64,000 nucleotides of DNA from Candidatus Tayloriibacteriota bacterium (GCA_028286665.1 JAQBRD010000031.1:155-64154), one strand, 5' to 3'; numbered from the stretch's first letter, positions 39,401-48,098 are shown. The notes: a model not told the origin generated them from the letters alone. Translations and numbers: made by a program.

Positions 39401-42104
39401 TGCTGTTGGAACATATCAGGTCTTTGTTTCGGATTCGACCGATGGCGCGAAAGTCGAAACCAATAAGCTCGACCTCGGCGTGTATGAAGCTCGAGTGGCG
39501 GTTCCTACGATTTCTGCAGCTTCGCCAGCGAAAGCTGGTCCGAGCGCGAGCGTCGCCCTGAACGGTACTCATTTCACCGCAGATTCGATCGTGAGGATCT
39601 GGAACGATTCTCAGGAATATTCCGTGACGCCGACGATCGCATCGAGCACGAGACTGACATTCATCGTTCCTGCGAATGCGGTTCTCGGAACATACTCGGT
39701 CAAGGTCCTTGCGGGATCAGTCGGCGAATCAACCTCGCTTCCATTCCAGATTCTTTCCATTCCGAATATCACAAGCATCACTCCGAGATCTCTCGCCAAC
39801 CCTAATGTGACAGGGAAGCCGATCGTTCTTGCAGGCGTCCGCTTCATCGTCGGCCATATGGTAGATGTCGTATTCGAGCCAAAAAGCGGAGCCGCGTCAA
39901 CTCCCGTTTCAGTCAGAGTCGCAAGTTCGACGCGTATCACGCTCAGTGCTCCGGCCTTATCCGTTGGCATCTATGACGTATCTGTCGTCGATGGTTCTAT
40001 CGAAACAAACAAAGTGGCCTTCACAGTATCGAACGGCATTCCGGCGATCACTGCAATGAACCCTCCTGCGGAAGGTCCTGGCGGAACGATAACCGTCTCA
40101 GGCGCAAGATTCGTCGATGGGATCGTCCTGCGGATACTCCCGGGAACGACGGTCATCCCGGCCGCTTCGACCACGGTTGCTGCTGACGGCAGAACACTCA
40201 CATTCATCGTGCCATCCGGACTCGCGGCAGGCAGTTATGCATTGAGAGCTGCAGTTCCTGGCGTGGGAGCAAGCAATGATTTCGTATTCACGATTCTTTC
40301 AGGTCCCGTTCTGACCTCGGCTCAAGCGTCGGGCGGCGATCAGTATTCGATCAGCGGTTCCAATTTCGTAGTTGGCAAGACCGCAACGGTCAATTTCGCT
40401 CCTCGAGCCGGAGGCAGCAGCGTGCTGGCTTCTGCAGTGATCGCATCATCGACGCAGGTAAGCGTGAACGCTGTTCTTCCGGAAGGGAATTACGATGTCT
40501 CGATGACTGTCGATTCCGTGACCACGAACAGAGTCATATTCTCGACTAACCCTCCGATACTGACATCCTTTACAACGGATGCGCCGGTACCAGATCAGCC
40601 ATATTGCGACTCGCCGAGTCCGGTGACCTTCACTGTTACGGGCAGGAATTTCCTCGCGTCATCCGTTCTCAAAATAATCGGAGCCGGCGGAAAGGTGTAT
40701 CCATTGAATAACAATCAGGTTTCTGCTGATAAGGCATCTATCTCCGCTCAGTTCAATTACCGATGCGCGACAGCTTCTGACAATGGAGCGGGAACTATTT
40801 CGCAGGGGGCTTATTCGCTCGTCGTCGATGGCCTGAGCCCGATCGTGAGCAATAGCCTTCTCTTCAACATACCTTACCCGATGCGGATCCTTCCGCTCGG
40901 CGTGACGGACGTCATCCAATCGGGTCAGATCGTCCTCGTCGGCTCCATGCAGATATTCCATGTGCAACGAGGCAGCGACTTCACTCAGACTTGGGACATT
41001 TTGGGTTCCGGCGGGTCGCTGTCCTATACTGCGATACTCAGCCGCTTCGATCCGTTCATCGATGTCGCCAACTATACGAATAACACGATCGCATACCAAT
41101 ATAGGAACAGCATCAACGCTTCCGGAGGGGTTGTCGGGTCCGCTTTCAATGTGACTATTCCTACAGCTTCCATTCCTGTAGGAACGTATACATTGAAAGC
41201 AGGATTGAATTATCCAGGAAATCCACCTCGATCGTTGCCGCTCATACCGACTGCGAGCGTGGGAGATGCTAACCTTCCATGGTACGACGCCTCGTATTCG
41301 CCGGGATATCGATATACAGTCGGATTCTTGATGGTTGAGGATGCTGCCGCAACGGCGGCTTCAGTCAAGAAAACGCAGAGCGCAGCATCGACGCCTCTTA
41401 CGCTGAGCGCCCTTATCAAAAATGCCGCATCGACATCGACATCAGCTGCGAAGATCGTCGCTCCCGTTTCAGCTCCTGTCTCTGTTCCTGTTCCGAAACC
41501 TGCTACATCAACTCCGGCAATTTCAATTGCAGCTACCACAAGCTCAACAATTTCGATCCCGTCAGCTCCGACCCCAGTTCCAGTAGCGCCGATTCCAGTT
41601 CCTGCGCCGACACCCGTACCAGCTCCGGTTCCTGCGGTCATGCCGATCACTATCCTCCCATGGTCTGCACAAGCAACCATCCAGGCAGGGAAGTCTCTCC
41701 CATACACGCTTAATTGGAGCGGCGGTCCTACGGAGAAGACTTGGAAATCATTCATCCATGTCGTGAAGGGCGATGGCACGACTGTCGCGGCAGATGCATA
41801 CTATCCTTCTACTCCGACGACCCAGTGGTCTGGAAGTCAGAATTTCAGTAGCTCAGTGGCGATACCTCCGACGCTTGCTCCAGGTACGTATCGGGTCATG
41901 GCCGGTCTCTGGATCCCTGTGGGAACTACGCCGTCAGCTGATTTGAAACTCGTCCCAGGATCCGGCGTGACGCTCGATCCGGCATATAGCGCACATTATC
42001 GATACCAAGTCGGGACGATCACGGTGACGTCGCCGTCATCAGCGCTCGGAGCGATGATCAGCGCGCTCGGCGATGACTTCATCTCGCGTTTCTTCAGCAG
42101 GTAG
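36489..42104 (+). CDS. Giant modular surface protein (1871 aa): signal peptide, Fn3-like modules, about 9 IPT/TIG-like Ig repeats, zincin metallopeptidase-like domain (HEVGH...DEY, M64-like), Pro/Thr/Ala-rich linker, C-terminal domain
   Basis: The signal peptide is MDMKKIAVFLGILAVAFSGFFAV. Repeats of about 85-90 aa of the form P.I.S..P........I.G..F..G..V.F.P..G.......V.S.T.I....P..L..G.Y.V.V recur about nine times. LAQATLHEVGHAFGRLRDEYI matches the HExxH(x7)DEY pattern of family M64. A PVPAPTPVPAPVP linker follows. Confidence 0.75.
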   Translation: MDMKKIAVFLGILAVAFSGFFAVKHDAQASSMGYIESSCIYYGYQSNGNTFSETRFWDMPITDAMPAPQNLGTLIATYAASKPAGDRSESRQNNSTSKLAYPVGCQKYSGFFTYKVMSMVLSTDDSVRFSDGNTVRDYAGPVSAVDEVMTSHADKLTFNVIPKFRGPATTLAASVSGNQVTLAWSNPFPAKSLAMTSYVAAVERARAGSNSFVQVSPALDQSFSMPYSNIGNYTKFFTPQLTYTDTSAPEGDFDYRIRIDMSFQTATGEFYVNGGSSQDGYYAKTYHYSTVASAKLPPKAPKLASISPNSFSVDATETPPVTIAGTGFKPTGNSIKFVHATIAGKVYRIDDVSSAGTSLAFDLPAGMTQGAYNVTTKVTDSPWSNELTVRVLPKSPAALTAKFVFTDTKKGIDLDWSGGAANSIVSGYEVERASGYRADSAEYKKISETTGKTAFDANLNLLTTKDIFYRIKTKFTDGTSVTSNVASVPACQKIAGNGPVKVVFMRDKKISEDLKVDAFYGVVLNTIKLGFRRTDPFKAYANKFSFYIDLEEYDTYDDWSMPEGTAKSQSECGKDAKIYIYYSTKVGKTAYSYFNSGEVYMMPFDLLPTAGFDNLIDYEKKIRLLDSSASSSLILAQATLHEVGHAFGRLRDEYIRSTEPEPSSLSVFDSVNCSTKPSSDFRSSINNQIYGSLTSVGCSYLKAYTGHAGDTSNTFYKPSKASLMDTIHATKNPDGTYITYSRISSPRFNVISCGYLISAILGEPTDKAHAQTHWQECATELDTETDTPPLAGKPGTLKSSSSIVYPGNAIKSSANSVSKMNSVPTSSDRNSLIISGSGFTPEGNNIRFANTATKKVFEINEVPSIDGKTLQLDIPNDTDPGTYNVRVGAFNSPWSDAISLQVLDFPKIASFSPASITLSELSKPILIKGSNFIVGHTVTVSFAPKSGGSAIISTAKVATSTKISVIPPASLAVGTYQVFVSDSTDGAKVETNKLDLGVYEARVAVPTISAASPAKAGPSASVALNGTHFTADSIVRIWNDSQEYSVTPTIASSTRLTFIVPANAVLGTYSVKVLAGSVGESTSLPFQILSIPNITSITPRSLANPNVTGKPIVLAGVRFIVGHMVDVVFEPKSGAASTPVSVRVASSTRITLSAPALSVGIYDVSVVDGSIETNKVAFTVSNGIPAITAMNPPAEGPGGTITVSGARFVDGIVLRILPGTTVIPAASTTVAADGRTLTFIVPSGLAAGSYALRAAVPGVGASNDFVFTILSGPVLTSAQASGGDQYSISGSNFVVGKTATVNFAPRAGGSSVLASAVIASSTQVSVNAVLPEGNYDVSMTVDSVTTNRVIFSTNPPILTSFTTDAPVPDQPYCDSPSPVTFTVTGRNFLASSVLKIIGAGGKVYPLNNNQVSADKASISAQFNYRCATASDNGAGTISQGAYSLVVDGLSPIVSNSLLFNIPYPMRILPLGVTDVIQSGQIVLVGSMQIFHVQRGSDFTQTWDILGSGGSLSYTAILSRFDPFIDVANYTNNTIAYQYRNSINASGGVVGSAFNVTIPTASIPVGTYTLKAGLNYPGNPPRSLPLIPTASVGDANLPWYDASYSPGYRYTVGFLMVEDAAATAASVKKTQSAASTPLTLSALIKNAASTSTSAAKIVAPVSAPVSVPVPKPATSTPAISIAATTSSTISIPSAPTPVPVAPIPVPAPTPVPAPVPAVMPITILPWSAQATIQAGKSLPYTLNWSGGPTEKTWKSFIHVVKGDGTTVAADAYYPSTPTTQWSGSQNFSSSVAIPPTLAPGTYRVMAGLWIPVGTTPSADLKLVPGSGVTLDPAYSAHYRYQVGTITVTSPSSALGAMISALGDDFISRFFSR

Positions 42105-42128
42105 GTGACCCGTCGCTTGATCTATAGG

Positions 42129-42158
42129 AAAACGCCAGGCTGATCAGCCTGGCGTTTT
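42129..42158. terminator. Bidirectional terminator between the giant gene and murE
   Basis: aaaacgccaggc-tgatca-gcctggcgtttt. Confidence 0.6.
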
Positions 42159-42176
42159 CCTATTCTTCAATTTCCT

Positions 42177-43496
42177 CTATTTTCTTGCGAGGAATGCGTG
42201 AAGTTCTTCGTGCGCGATCTGCGAATCTCCCCATGGAGTCTTCGTATTATTCGGACCCATGATGTACGGGTCGGTGCCTTTGCCGGTGATGAGGATTGCG
42301 ATGCCTGCGCCGCCGTCCTCACGAGGTGTTCCGTCAGGATTGGTTCCTGCGCGCCGGATCGCTTCACGGATCGCTTCGCGCCGGTCCATGATGATCGTCG
42401 GCTGGATTTCGGTAATGCCTGCAGCTACGTCAGCGACGATCTTCTTCGGATCTTCGTCATACGGATCTTCATCGGTAAGGATAATGTCGTCGCAGTATCG
42501 GTCGGCAAGTCTGCCCATTTCCTTTCGCTTCCAATTATCACGTCCGCCGCCGGTGCCGCCGAGAATGGCGATGATGCTCGAGGTTTCGAATACCTGATAG
42601 AGCTTCTCGAGGGAATCAGGCGTATGCGCGTAGTCGACGATGACGGTGAATTTCTGGCCGGCTTCGATGCGTTCGACGCGTCCTTTGATGCCGGTGAATT
42701 TCGTTATCGCACGCGCAATCGTATCATCGTTCACTCCCTGGGATCGAGCCGCATTCGCTGCTGCGAGGATGTTGTACAGATTGAAAAGGCCTGAAAGCGG
42801 GGAAGCCACTTTCCGCCCATGCTCCTTGCCGCCGAAGGTGAAGGTGATGCCTTGCTTGAGGATCTCGTACGGCTCGACGTCCTTTGCACTATAGGTCATC
42901 TTCTTGTCGGCTTCGCATGTGAGGAATCTGCCGGCCTCTTTGTCATCGCCATTCACGATGATGGTTCGCTGCGCTTTCTTCGAATGGATCATTTCGCAGG
43001 CAATCTTCGCTTTTGCCGCCGCGTAATTTTCGAATGATCCGTGCGAGTCGATATGCTCAGGCGAAAGATTCGTGAAGACGAATGCGTCGAGATGGAGGAA
43101 TTTGTGACGGTAGAGGAGCGTGCCTTGCGAAGTCATCTCGAGGATGACATAGTCGCATTTCGCTTTCACGGCTTTGCGGATGAGGCGCTGGACGAAGAAT
43201 CTGCCGGGCATCGACATCTTGTAGAGATTGTCGAAGGATTCGTCGCCGATCTTGTGGCGGATGGTATTCGAAACTGCAGTTCGATAGCCGGCTTCCTCGA
43301 GGATCGCGTTGAGTATTTCAGTCGTCGAGCTTTTGCCTTTCGTTCCGGTCACGCCGATCACCTTGATATGCCGCGAAGGGAAGCTGTACCAGAGCGCAGC
43401 GGCAAGCGCGAGCGAATAATGATATGCAGGCTGGAAGAAATGGAAGAGCTTGGTCGGAATGAATCGGCGGATTTTTGCGAGGGTGTTGTCGAGCAT
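42177..43496 (-). CDS. murE: Mur ligase family protein, MurE-like (UDP-MurNAc-L-Ala-D-Glu:diamino acid ligase)
   Basis: The protein has IKVIGVTGTKGKSSTTEIL (P-loop), the C-terminal Mur ligase domain signature DYAHTPDSLEKL, and GGTGGGRD. Confidence 0.65.
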   Translation of the reverse strand: MLDNTLAKIRRFIPTKLFHFFQPAYHYSLALAAALWYSFPSRHIKVIGVTGTKGKSSTTEILNAILEEAGYRTAVSNTIRHKIGDESFDNLYKMSMPGRFFVQRLIRKAVKAKCDYVILEMTSQGTLLYRHKFLHLDAFVFTNLSPEHIDSHGSFENYAAAKAKIACEMIHSKKAQRTIIVNGDDKEAGRFLTCEADKKMTYSAKDVEPYEILKQGITFTFGGKEHGRKVASPLSGLFNLYNILAAANAARSQGVNDDTIARAITKFTGIKGRVERIEAGQKFTVIVDYAHTPDSLEKLYQVFETSSIIAILGGTGGGRDNWKRKEMGRLADRYCDDIILTDEDPYDEDPKKIVADVAAGITEIQPTIIMDRREAIREAIRRAGTNPDGTPREDGGAGIAILITGKGTDPYIMGPNNTKTPWGDSQIAHEELHAFLARK

Positions 43497-43523
43497 GTGA
43501 TTGGTGATGTATTTCTAAATGCG

Positions 43524-44150
43524 TTAAATTCCGAGGATTTTGAGGGCTGCCTTCACTCGTGCGCCGGTGTCGGTGAGCTTCTTGTCGATCTGCTTCATCG
43601 CGTCGCGGGCTTCGTTATCGCGATAGCCGAGCGCTTGGAGTGCTGCGAGGACATCGGAGTCGCCGCGGATATTCGCCTGTCGGGTTGCCGTATATTCTGC
43701 CGAGTGCGCAATGAGGTCGAAGTCGCCGATCTTGTCCTTGAGCTCGCGGACGATCTTCTCGGCATTCTTCTTGCCGATGCCGGAGACTTTCGTCAGATGC
43801 GATGCGTCTTCTGTTTCAATTGCCATATGGAGTGTCGCTACGGATGAGACGTTGAGGATTCCGAGCGCGGTCTTCGGTCCGATGCCGGAGACAGTCGTGA
43901 GCAGCTGGAAGAAATTGAGTTCCTGCAGGGAAGAGAAGCCATAGAGGTCGAGCGCATCATCGCGCACTGCGAGGTGCGTCCAAAGGCTGGCTGGCACGCC
44001 GACGGTATAGCTCGCGATGGTGTCTCCGGTCGCGAAGACCTTATATCCGACGCCGGCAGTGATCACGCCGTTGGTGCCAATTGCGCCGGTATTCACCACG
44101 AGGAATTTGAGGTCGATATGGCTCACTGTGCCGATAATCTGGGAAATCAT
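43524..44150 (-). CDS. ruvA: Holliday junction DNA helicase subunit RuvA
   Basis: Two HhH motifs are present (LTTVSGIGPKTALGIL and LTKVSGIGKKNAEKIV), along with the C-terminal RuvB-interaction domain (LAALQALGYRDNEARDAM). The N-terminal OB domain carries an insertion of about 15 aa. Confidence 0.85.
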   Translation of the reverse strand: MISQIIGTVSHIDLKFLVVNTGAIGTNGVITAGVGYKVFATGDTIASYTVGVPASLWTHLAVRDDALDLYGFSSLQELNFFQLLTTVSGIGPKTALGILNVSSVATLHMAIETEDASHLTKVSGIGKKNAEKIVRELKDKIGDFDLIAHSAEYTATRQANIRGDSDVLAALQALGYRDNEARDAMKQIDKKLTDTGARVKAALKILGI

Positions 44151-44261
44151 GGGTACATTCTACTATATGTGGGGGAGAAGTGCTCAAAACCTCGGAAATG
44201 CTTGTATTTCCCGCAGAGCTATGGTACATTACGAGCCACATACAAAGCCCATAAAACACAT

Positions 44262-44528
44262 ATGCCAATCACATCTTCAGCAAAAAAAGCCCTCCGAGCA
44301 AGCGCAAAGAAGCGCGTGAATAACATCCGCCGAAAGACCGCTATCGACACGAACCTCAAGAAGTTCCGAAAGCTCGTCGTCGAAAAGAAAGCGAAGGAAG
44401 CTCAGGCAGTCCTCGCGAACCTCTCGCAGGCGCTCGACAAGGCGGCAAAGACGAATTACATCAAGGCGAACACTGCATCACGGCTCAAGTCCCGAGCAGC
44501 AGCATCTCTCAAGAAGATCTCAGCCTAG
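44262..44528 (+). CDS. rpsT: 30S ribosomal protein S20
   Basis: MPITSSAKKALRASAKKRVNNIRRK...KANTASRLKSRAAASLKKISA. I take the start at the internal Met of a longer ORF. Confidence 0.85.
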   Translation: MPITSSAKKALRASAKKRVNNIRRKTAIDTNLKKFRKLVVEKKAKEAQAVLANLSQALDKAAKTNYIKANTASRLKSRAAASLKKISA

Positions 44529-44547
44529 TCGTTCAGATAATCTGATA

Positions 44548-44578
44548 CAAAAAACCATCCTCGGGATGGTTTTTTATT
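44548..44578 (+). terminator. Rho-independent terminator after rpsT
   Basis: aaaaaaccatcc-tcgg-gatggtttttt. Confidence 0.6.
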
Positions 44579-44589
44579 TATGGTAGAAT

Positions 44590-44931
44590 ATGCATATGAA
44601 CCCATCCACATTCGAAGTATTTCAGCTCGTATTGGTTTTCATCTCAGTCATCGCCGGGGTAGTGGCCGCCGTCTACTTCTATCTCTCGACGGACATCTTC
44701 ATGAACCTGCTCAAGCGTCCGCTCAAGCTCATCTCGTCAGGAATGATCATCATGACGATCGGCGTGCTCATGGCCGCAGTCATCTCATTCGAAGCGCGAA
44801 CCGGCGTCGTATTCGTCGTCTATGATCTTCCGATTGAAATGTTCTTCTATTTCTCGTACATCGTCGGCTCGATCATGATCCTCGCGGGTGCGCGTCAGTT
44901 CGTGCATCGGCCGAAGGTTTCGACTGTCTAG
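44590..44931 (+). CDS. Hypothetical membrane protein (3 TM)
   Basis: A 113-aa ORF with three hydrophobic helices and no recognisable motif. Confidence 0.4.
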   Translation: MHMNPSTFEVFQLVLVFISVIAGVVAAVYFYLSTDIFMNLLKRPLKLISSGMIIMTIGVLMAAVISFEARTGVVFVVYDLPIEMFFYFSYIVGSIMILAGARQFVHRPKVSTV

Positions 44932-45017
44932 TACCGGGCGAGTGTGCGGAATGCTCAGGCAAATAACAACCCGAATTTCCCTTTCGGGCATTCGAGTTGT
45001 TTGAAGTTGAGCATCGG

Positions 45018-45695
45018 CTAGATGTTCCGAGCCTTGAGCTCCTGATTTTCAGAGCCGGCTTCCTTCGCATAATGGATGGCAAGGAACTTCGCGCCGATTG
45101 CCAGCGCGCGATATGCTCGGCCGGAAACTTTCGGATCAAGCGGCGAGCTGGCCTCGATCGATTGATGAAGATCATGGAGCGCCCTCTCGATGTCGTCGGC
45201 CTTTCCGATCGCCATGAGCGCTTTCACGATCTGGCCGAGGAGAAGCGTCTTCGATCCGGCATTTCCTTCGCTCTCAGCCTTCGACAATCCTTGTTTCAGG
45301 AGGTTGAGCGCATGCTCCGCGTCCTTCGTCGTGCTGAGAATGATGACTCCGGCGACTTCGAAGTCGCTTGATGACCATTCGCTTCTGTCCGTCTCTTCTG
45401 CAAGCGCGACTGCTTCCTTGGAAATCTCAAGCGCTTCATCAAGGAGCTTTTGCCACTCCTCGTTGATAATGCCTTCCGTTTCCTCGAGAGCAGCTGTCGC
45501 CGTTCCGATGATGTCGACGCAAGTGCTCGCAAGCTGAAGCTGCCCGCCCTTGATCTTTCCTTCGTTGATGAGCCTGTGCCGTTCCAGGAGGGAATGAGCG
45601 AGGAGTTCTCGTTTGTGTTTGACTGTCGTGCCTTTCCAGGCGAGATCGTATGGTTTCATAGATATAATGTGCTGTTTCGGCCTATGGATATTCAA
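45018..45695 (-). CDS. Hypothetical alpha-helical protein
   Basis: An ORF of 213-225 aa. The start may be the internal Met (MKPYDLAWKG, 45659). No family-specific motif was seen. Confidence 0.4.
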   Translation of the reverse strand: MNIHRPKQHIISMKPYDLAWKGTTVKHKRELLAHSLLERHRLINEGKIKGGQLQLASTCVDIIGTATAALEETEGIINEEWQKLLDEALEISKEAVALAEETDRSEWSSSDFEVAGVIILSTTKDAEHALNLLKQGLSKAESEGNAGSKTLLLGQIVKALMAIGKADDIERALHDLHQSIEASSPLDPKVSGRAYRALAIGAKFLAIHYAKEAGSENQELKARNI

Positions 45696-45750
45696 TAGGT
45701 GGTCATAGTTATGACGTCGTTAATAGGTTTGGCTTACAGCATGTGGGGCG

Positions 45751-45826
45751 AAAATGAATCGGTCACAGGTCTCGGACTGCTGTCCTCGCCTGCGACCCCG
45801 CCTCGGCCGCCTTCGCGCCCTCCGGC
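45751..45826. repeat. Structured intergenic repeat, copy R1 (about 75 nt)
   Basis: GGTCACAGG-[19-nt hairpin]-CCTGCGACC-CCGCCTCGGCCGCCTTCGCGCCCTCCGGC-TTTCGATTCC. This aligns to the copy at 51686-51760 and shares its stem architecture. Confidence 0.5.
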
Positions 45827-45841
45827 TTTCGATTCCTGCCA

Positions 45842-45872
45842 GGAGCAAAAGAAAAACCGGCACAGCCGGTTT
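45842..45872. terminator. Bidirectional terminator (3' of tRNA-Arg on - strand)
   Basis: aaaaaccggc-acag-gccggttttt, followed by cttttttt. Confidence 0.55.
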
Positions 45873-45881
45873 TTCTTTTTT

Positions 45882-45956
45882 TGGTGCTCCTGGCAGGAAT
45901 CGAACCTGCATTTCTCCCTTCGCAGGGGAGTGTCCTATCCATTGAACGACAAGAGC
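45882..45956 (-). tRNA. tRNA-Arg (anticodon GCG as read; CCA encoded)
   Basis: The reverse complement is gctcttgtcgttcaatggataggacactcccctgcgaagggagaaatgcaggttcgattcctgccaggagcacca. The acceptor is GCTCTTG/CAGGAGC, the anticodon stem CTCCC/GGGAG, the loop CTGCGAA and the T-loop TTCGATT. Confidence 0.75.
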
Positions 45957-46038
45957 GTATCTGGCGGACTGCTCCGAAACCGGACGCACTTCGCAAGTGA
46001 AAACAGCCTATCACGCCGGCACGCAATTTCCAAATTCC

Positions 46039-46503
46039 CTAGAAGCCGAGATACTCGAGGATCTTCTGAGTAAGCGGCTCGTGGTGCTGCGTTTCAGCTA
46101 TGTAATTGAGAAGCACCTCGCGCACTTCTTCAGGATCCACATCGTCGATGTGCACGGTGATGTAGGGCATGAATACTTTCTGGGATTTGATGAGGATCTT
46201 CGAAGGGTGCTGATGCGGGTCGATCCAGAAGGATTCGAGCGTGAGGAAAGGGTAGAGGATGTCGCCCATGACTACTCCGCGGTCGTTGATCTCGCAGTAC
46301 ATCAGGCGCGGATGCTTCGACGAAGCGAGGAGGAGCGCCGTAGTGCCGACGATGATCAGTATGCCGAAGATAACATTTCCGAAGATGAATGCGAGAGCTG
46401 CAGCTGTCGCCGCGATGATGCCGACGCTCCAATACCAGTCGGAAGTCTTTTCCGTATGATGATGCTCGAGTGCGTGCCACGAGATGATGGGTGCTGCTGC
46501 CAT
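46039..46503 (-). CDS. Hypothetical membrane protein (2 TM + C-terminal soluble domain)
   Basis: I take the start at the internal Met (MAAAPIISWHALEHHH) to avoid overlap with the upstream gene. The hydrophobic segments are WYWSVGIIAATAAALAFIF and NVIFGILIIVGTTALLLA. Confidence 0.4.
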   Translation of the reverse strand: MAAAPIISWHALEHHHTEKTSDWYWSVGIIAATAAALAFIFGNVIFGILIIVGTTALLLASSKHPRLMYCEINDRGVVMGDILYPFLTLESFWIDPHQHPSKILIKSQKVFMPYITVHIDDVDPEEVREVLLNYIAETQHHEPLTQKILEYLGF

Positions 46504-46511
46504 GTCAGATA

Positions 46512-47042
46512 TTATACACCCTTGTTGAGGTCGACGCCAAAGCATGCGGGTTCGCCAGTGCGGCTATTTTGGAAATATTCCGGGAATTCAGCTTTCTCCC
46601 AAGGAAATACGAACCAATTGCTGCCTTCGACGCCGAAGAAATCAGGCCTATCGACGCATTTGTCTTTATTCACTGCGATGACGACGGTCTTCAGTTCGGC
46701 GACGTTGTATTCATTGCGGAGGATGTCGGCGACTTTCCTCAGCGTCCTTCCAGTTTCAGCTATCTCGTCGACGAGAAGAATTTTCTTTCCTGCGAGATCG
46801 ATCTTCGGCAGATATTTCACGACGAGTTCGCCGCGCGTATCCTTTTCATACGAGCTGACTGAAACAGTGACGATGTTGCTGTTTTTGAATTCCTTGGCGA
46901 TGAGCGCGAGGGGAATGACGCCGCCGGTCGCGATGCCGACGAGGTAATCAGGAGCGAAGCCTGCGGCGGCGATCTGCGCAGCGAGGCTTCGGCAATGCTC
47001 CTCGACTTCGATCCAGGCGATATGGGTGATGTTCGTGTCCAT
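46512..47042 (-). CDS. Type I phosphoribosyltransferase (purine PRTase-like, Gpt/Hpt-type)
   Basis: The PRPP-binding motif is KILLVDEIAETGRTL. I take the start at MDTNITHIAW. Confidence 0.7.
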   Translation of the reverse strand: MDTNITHIAWIEVEEHCRSLAAQIAAAGFAPDYLVGIATGGVIPLALIAKEFKNSNIVTVSVSSYEKDTRGELVVKYLPKIDLAGKKILLVDEIAETGRTLRKVADILRNEYNVAELKTVVIAVNKDKCVDRPDFFGVEGSNWFVFPWEKAEFPEYFQNSRTGEPACFGVDLNKGV

Positions 47043-47141
47043 GCAGGGGATTATAGCAGATGAAGCGTGAGGCATGAGAAAAGCCGCCGGGTTTCACTCG
47101 GCGGCTTTTCTTTCTGCGTTGTTTCTCTTTCCCTACCCGTA

Positions 47142-47504
47142 TTACATGTTTGGAGTCATGCAAGCTCCGAGCCAGCAATGCGCGAGCATCTCCTGCTGAA
47201 TCGCGTTCTTGGTCAGCGGTCCGAAGTATCCGGTAGCAGGGACGTTATGGCTTGCCTGGTACTGAATGAGGGCTGCCTTCGTCTGTCCGCCGAAGTATCC
47301 GAGCGATACTGTAGGCGCGACGTTGAGATATCCCTGCTCTCCGAGGAACGCCTGGAGTTCTGTCGCTCCGTTTCCTGTTGCGCCTGACTGGAGGTCAGAG
47401 CCGTAGAGGATGGAGAGGCTTGCAGTCGCTGCGTGAGCGCTGTTCGCTGCGAAGGCTCCGAAAGCGAGCATGATCGCGAATACTCCGACTGTGATTTTTT
47501 GCAT
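47142..47504 (-). CDS. Secreted peptidoglycan-binding-domain protein
   Basis: The signal peptide is MQKITVGVFAIMLAFGAFAANSAHA. The PG_binding_1-like region reads LQAFLGEQGYLNVAPTVSLGYFGGQTKAALIQYQASHNVPATGYFGPLTKNAI. Confidence 0.6.
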   Translation of the reverse strand: MQKITVGVFAIMLAFGAFAANSAHAATASLSILYGSDLQSGATGNGATELQAFLGEQGYLNVAPTVSLGYFGGQTKAALIQYQASHNVPATGYFGPLTKNAIQQEMLAHCWLGACMTPNM

Positions 47505-47666
47505 ACGGTATTTCTTTGGGAAAGTGTTATTTGGTCTTTCTTATTGATGGTGCCGCGAAGGCCGGGGAATCATTACAAGAGCGATCGTTTCTGATCTCGA
47601 GTGATAAACAAAACACCGCTCGATGAGAGCGGCGGCACGATCCAGTGCGAGGTGTTGGTAAAGCAG

Positions 47667-48014
47667 TCAGGCTGCGAGCAGTCCTCCTGACTCTGTGCGA
47701 AACTGCTCGCTGTTGAAGCGCTCGACAAGCGAAGGCTCGTCGCTGCAGCCTGGCTTTTTCCCGAGGAAGTACACGAGGTACTCGTTTGACTGATCGTCTG
47801 CCCAGGCTCGCATTTCATGCAGGGTGTATTGCCGATCCGCTTCCATCCAGAAGATGAAGACGTTCTCTACGAAGTCGAAGTCGGTCTCATTGCAGATTTT
47901 TCGAGCGGCGGCGAGCGCGAGCTTCGGATCTTCGGTGATGAGCCGCGGCGAGAGGTGGGCGACCGTGGTATCACGGCCATTCTGGCAGGTGACTACGAGG
48001 TATGCTTTTTTCAT
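47667..48014 (-). CDS. Hypothetical protein (115 aa)
   Basis: An ORF whose terminator hairpin (ccgctc-tcat-cgagcgg) lies downstream at about 47625-47645 on the - strand. Confidence 0.4.
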   Translation of the reverse strand: MKKAYLVVTCQNGRDTTVAHLSPRLITEDPKLALAAARKICNETDFDFVENVFIFWMEADRQYTLHEMRAWADDQSNEYLVYFLGKKPGCSDEPSLVERFNSEQFRTESGGLLAA

Positions 48015-48098
48015 AGTTCAATATGGCTTTGCTGGTTTCGTTTTGAACATTAACACTAACGATTGGGTTCCGCAACAAAGAAGAAGCGCTGCTCGAAC

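Noticed and set aside
41440-41650. Short tandem DNA repeats (ccagttcc / gttcctgcgccg...).
   Set aside because: They lie inside the giant ORF and encode the Pro/Val/Ala/Thr linker (PVPAPTPVPAPVP). They are coding low-complexity sequence, not a CRISPR array or satellite.
45997-46947. A 316-aa + strand ORF spanning the 46039-46503 and 46512-47042 genes.
   Set aside because: It is antisense to two - strand genes, one with a clear PRTase motif. It has Ser/Arg-rich low-complexity composition.
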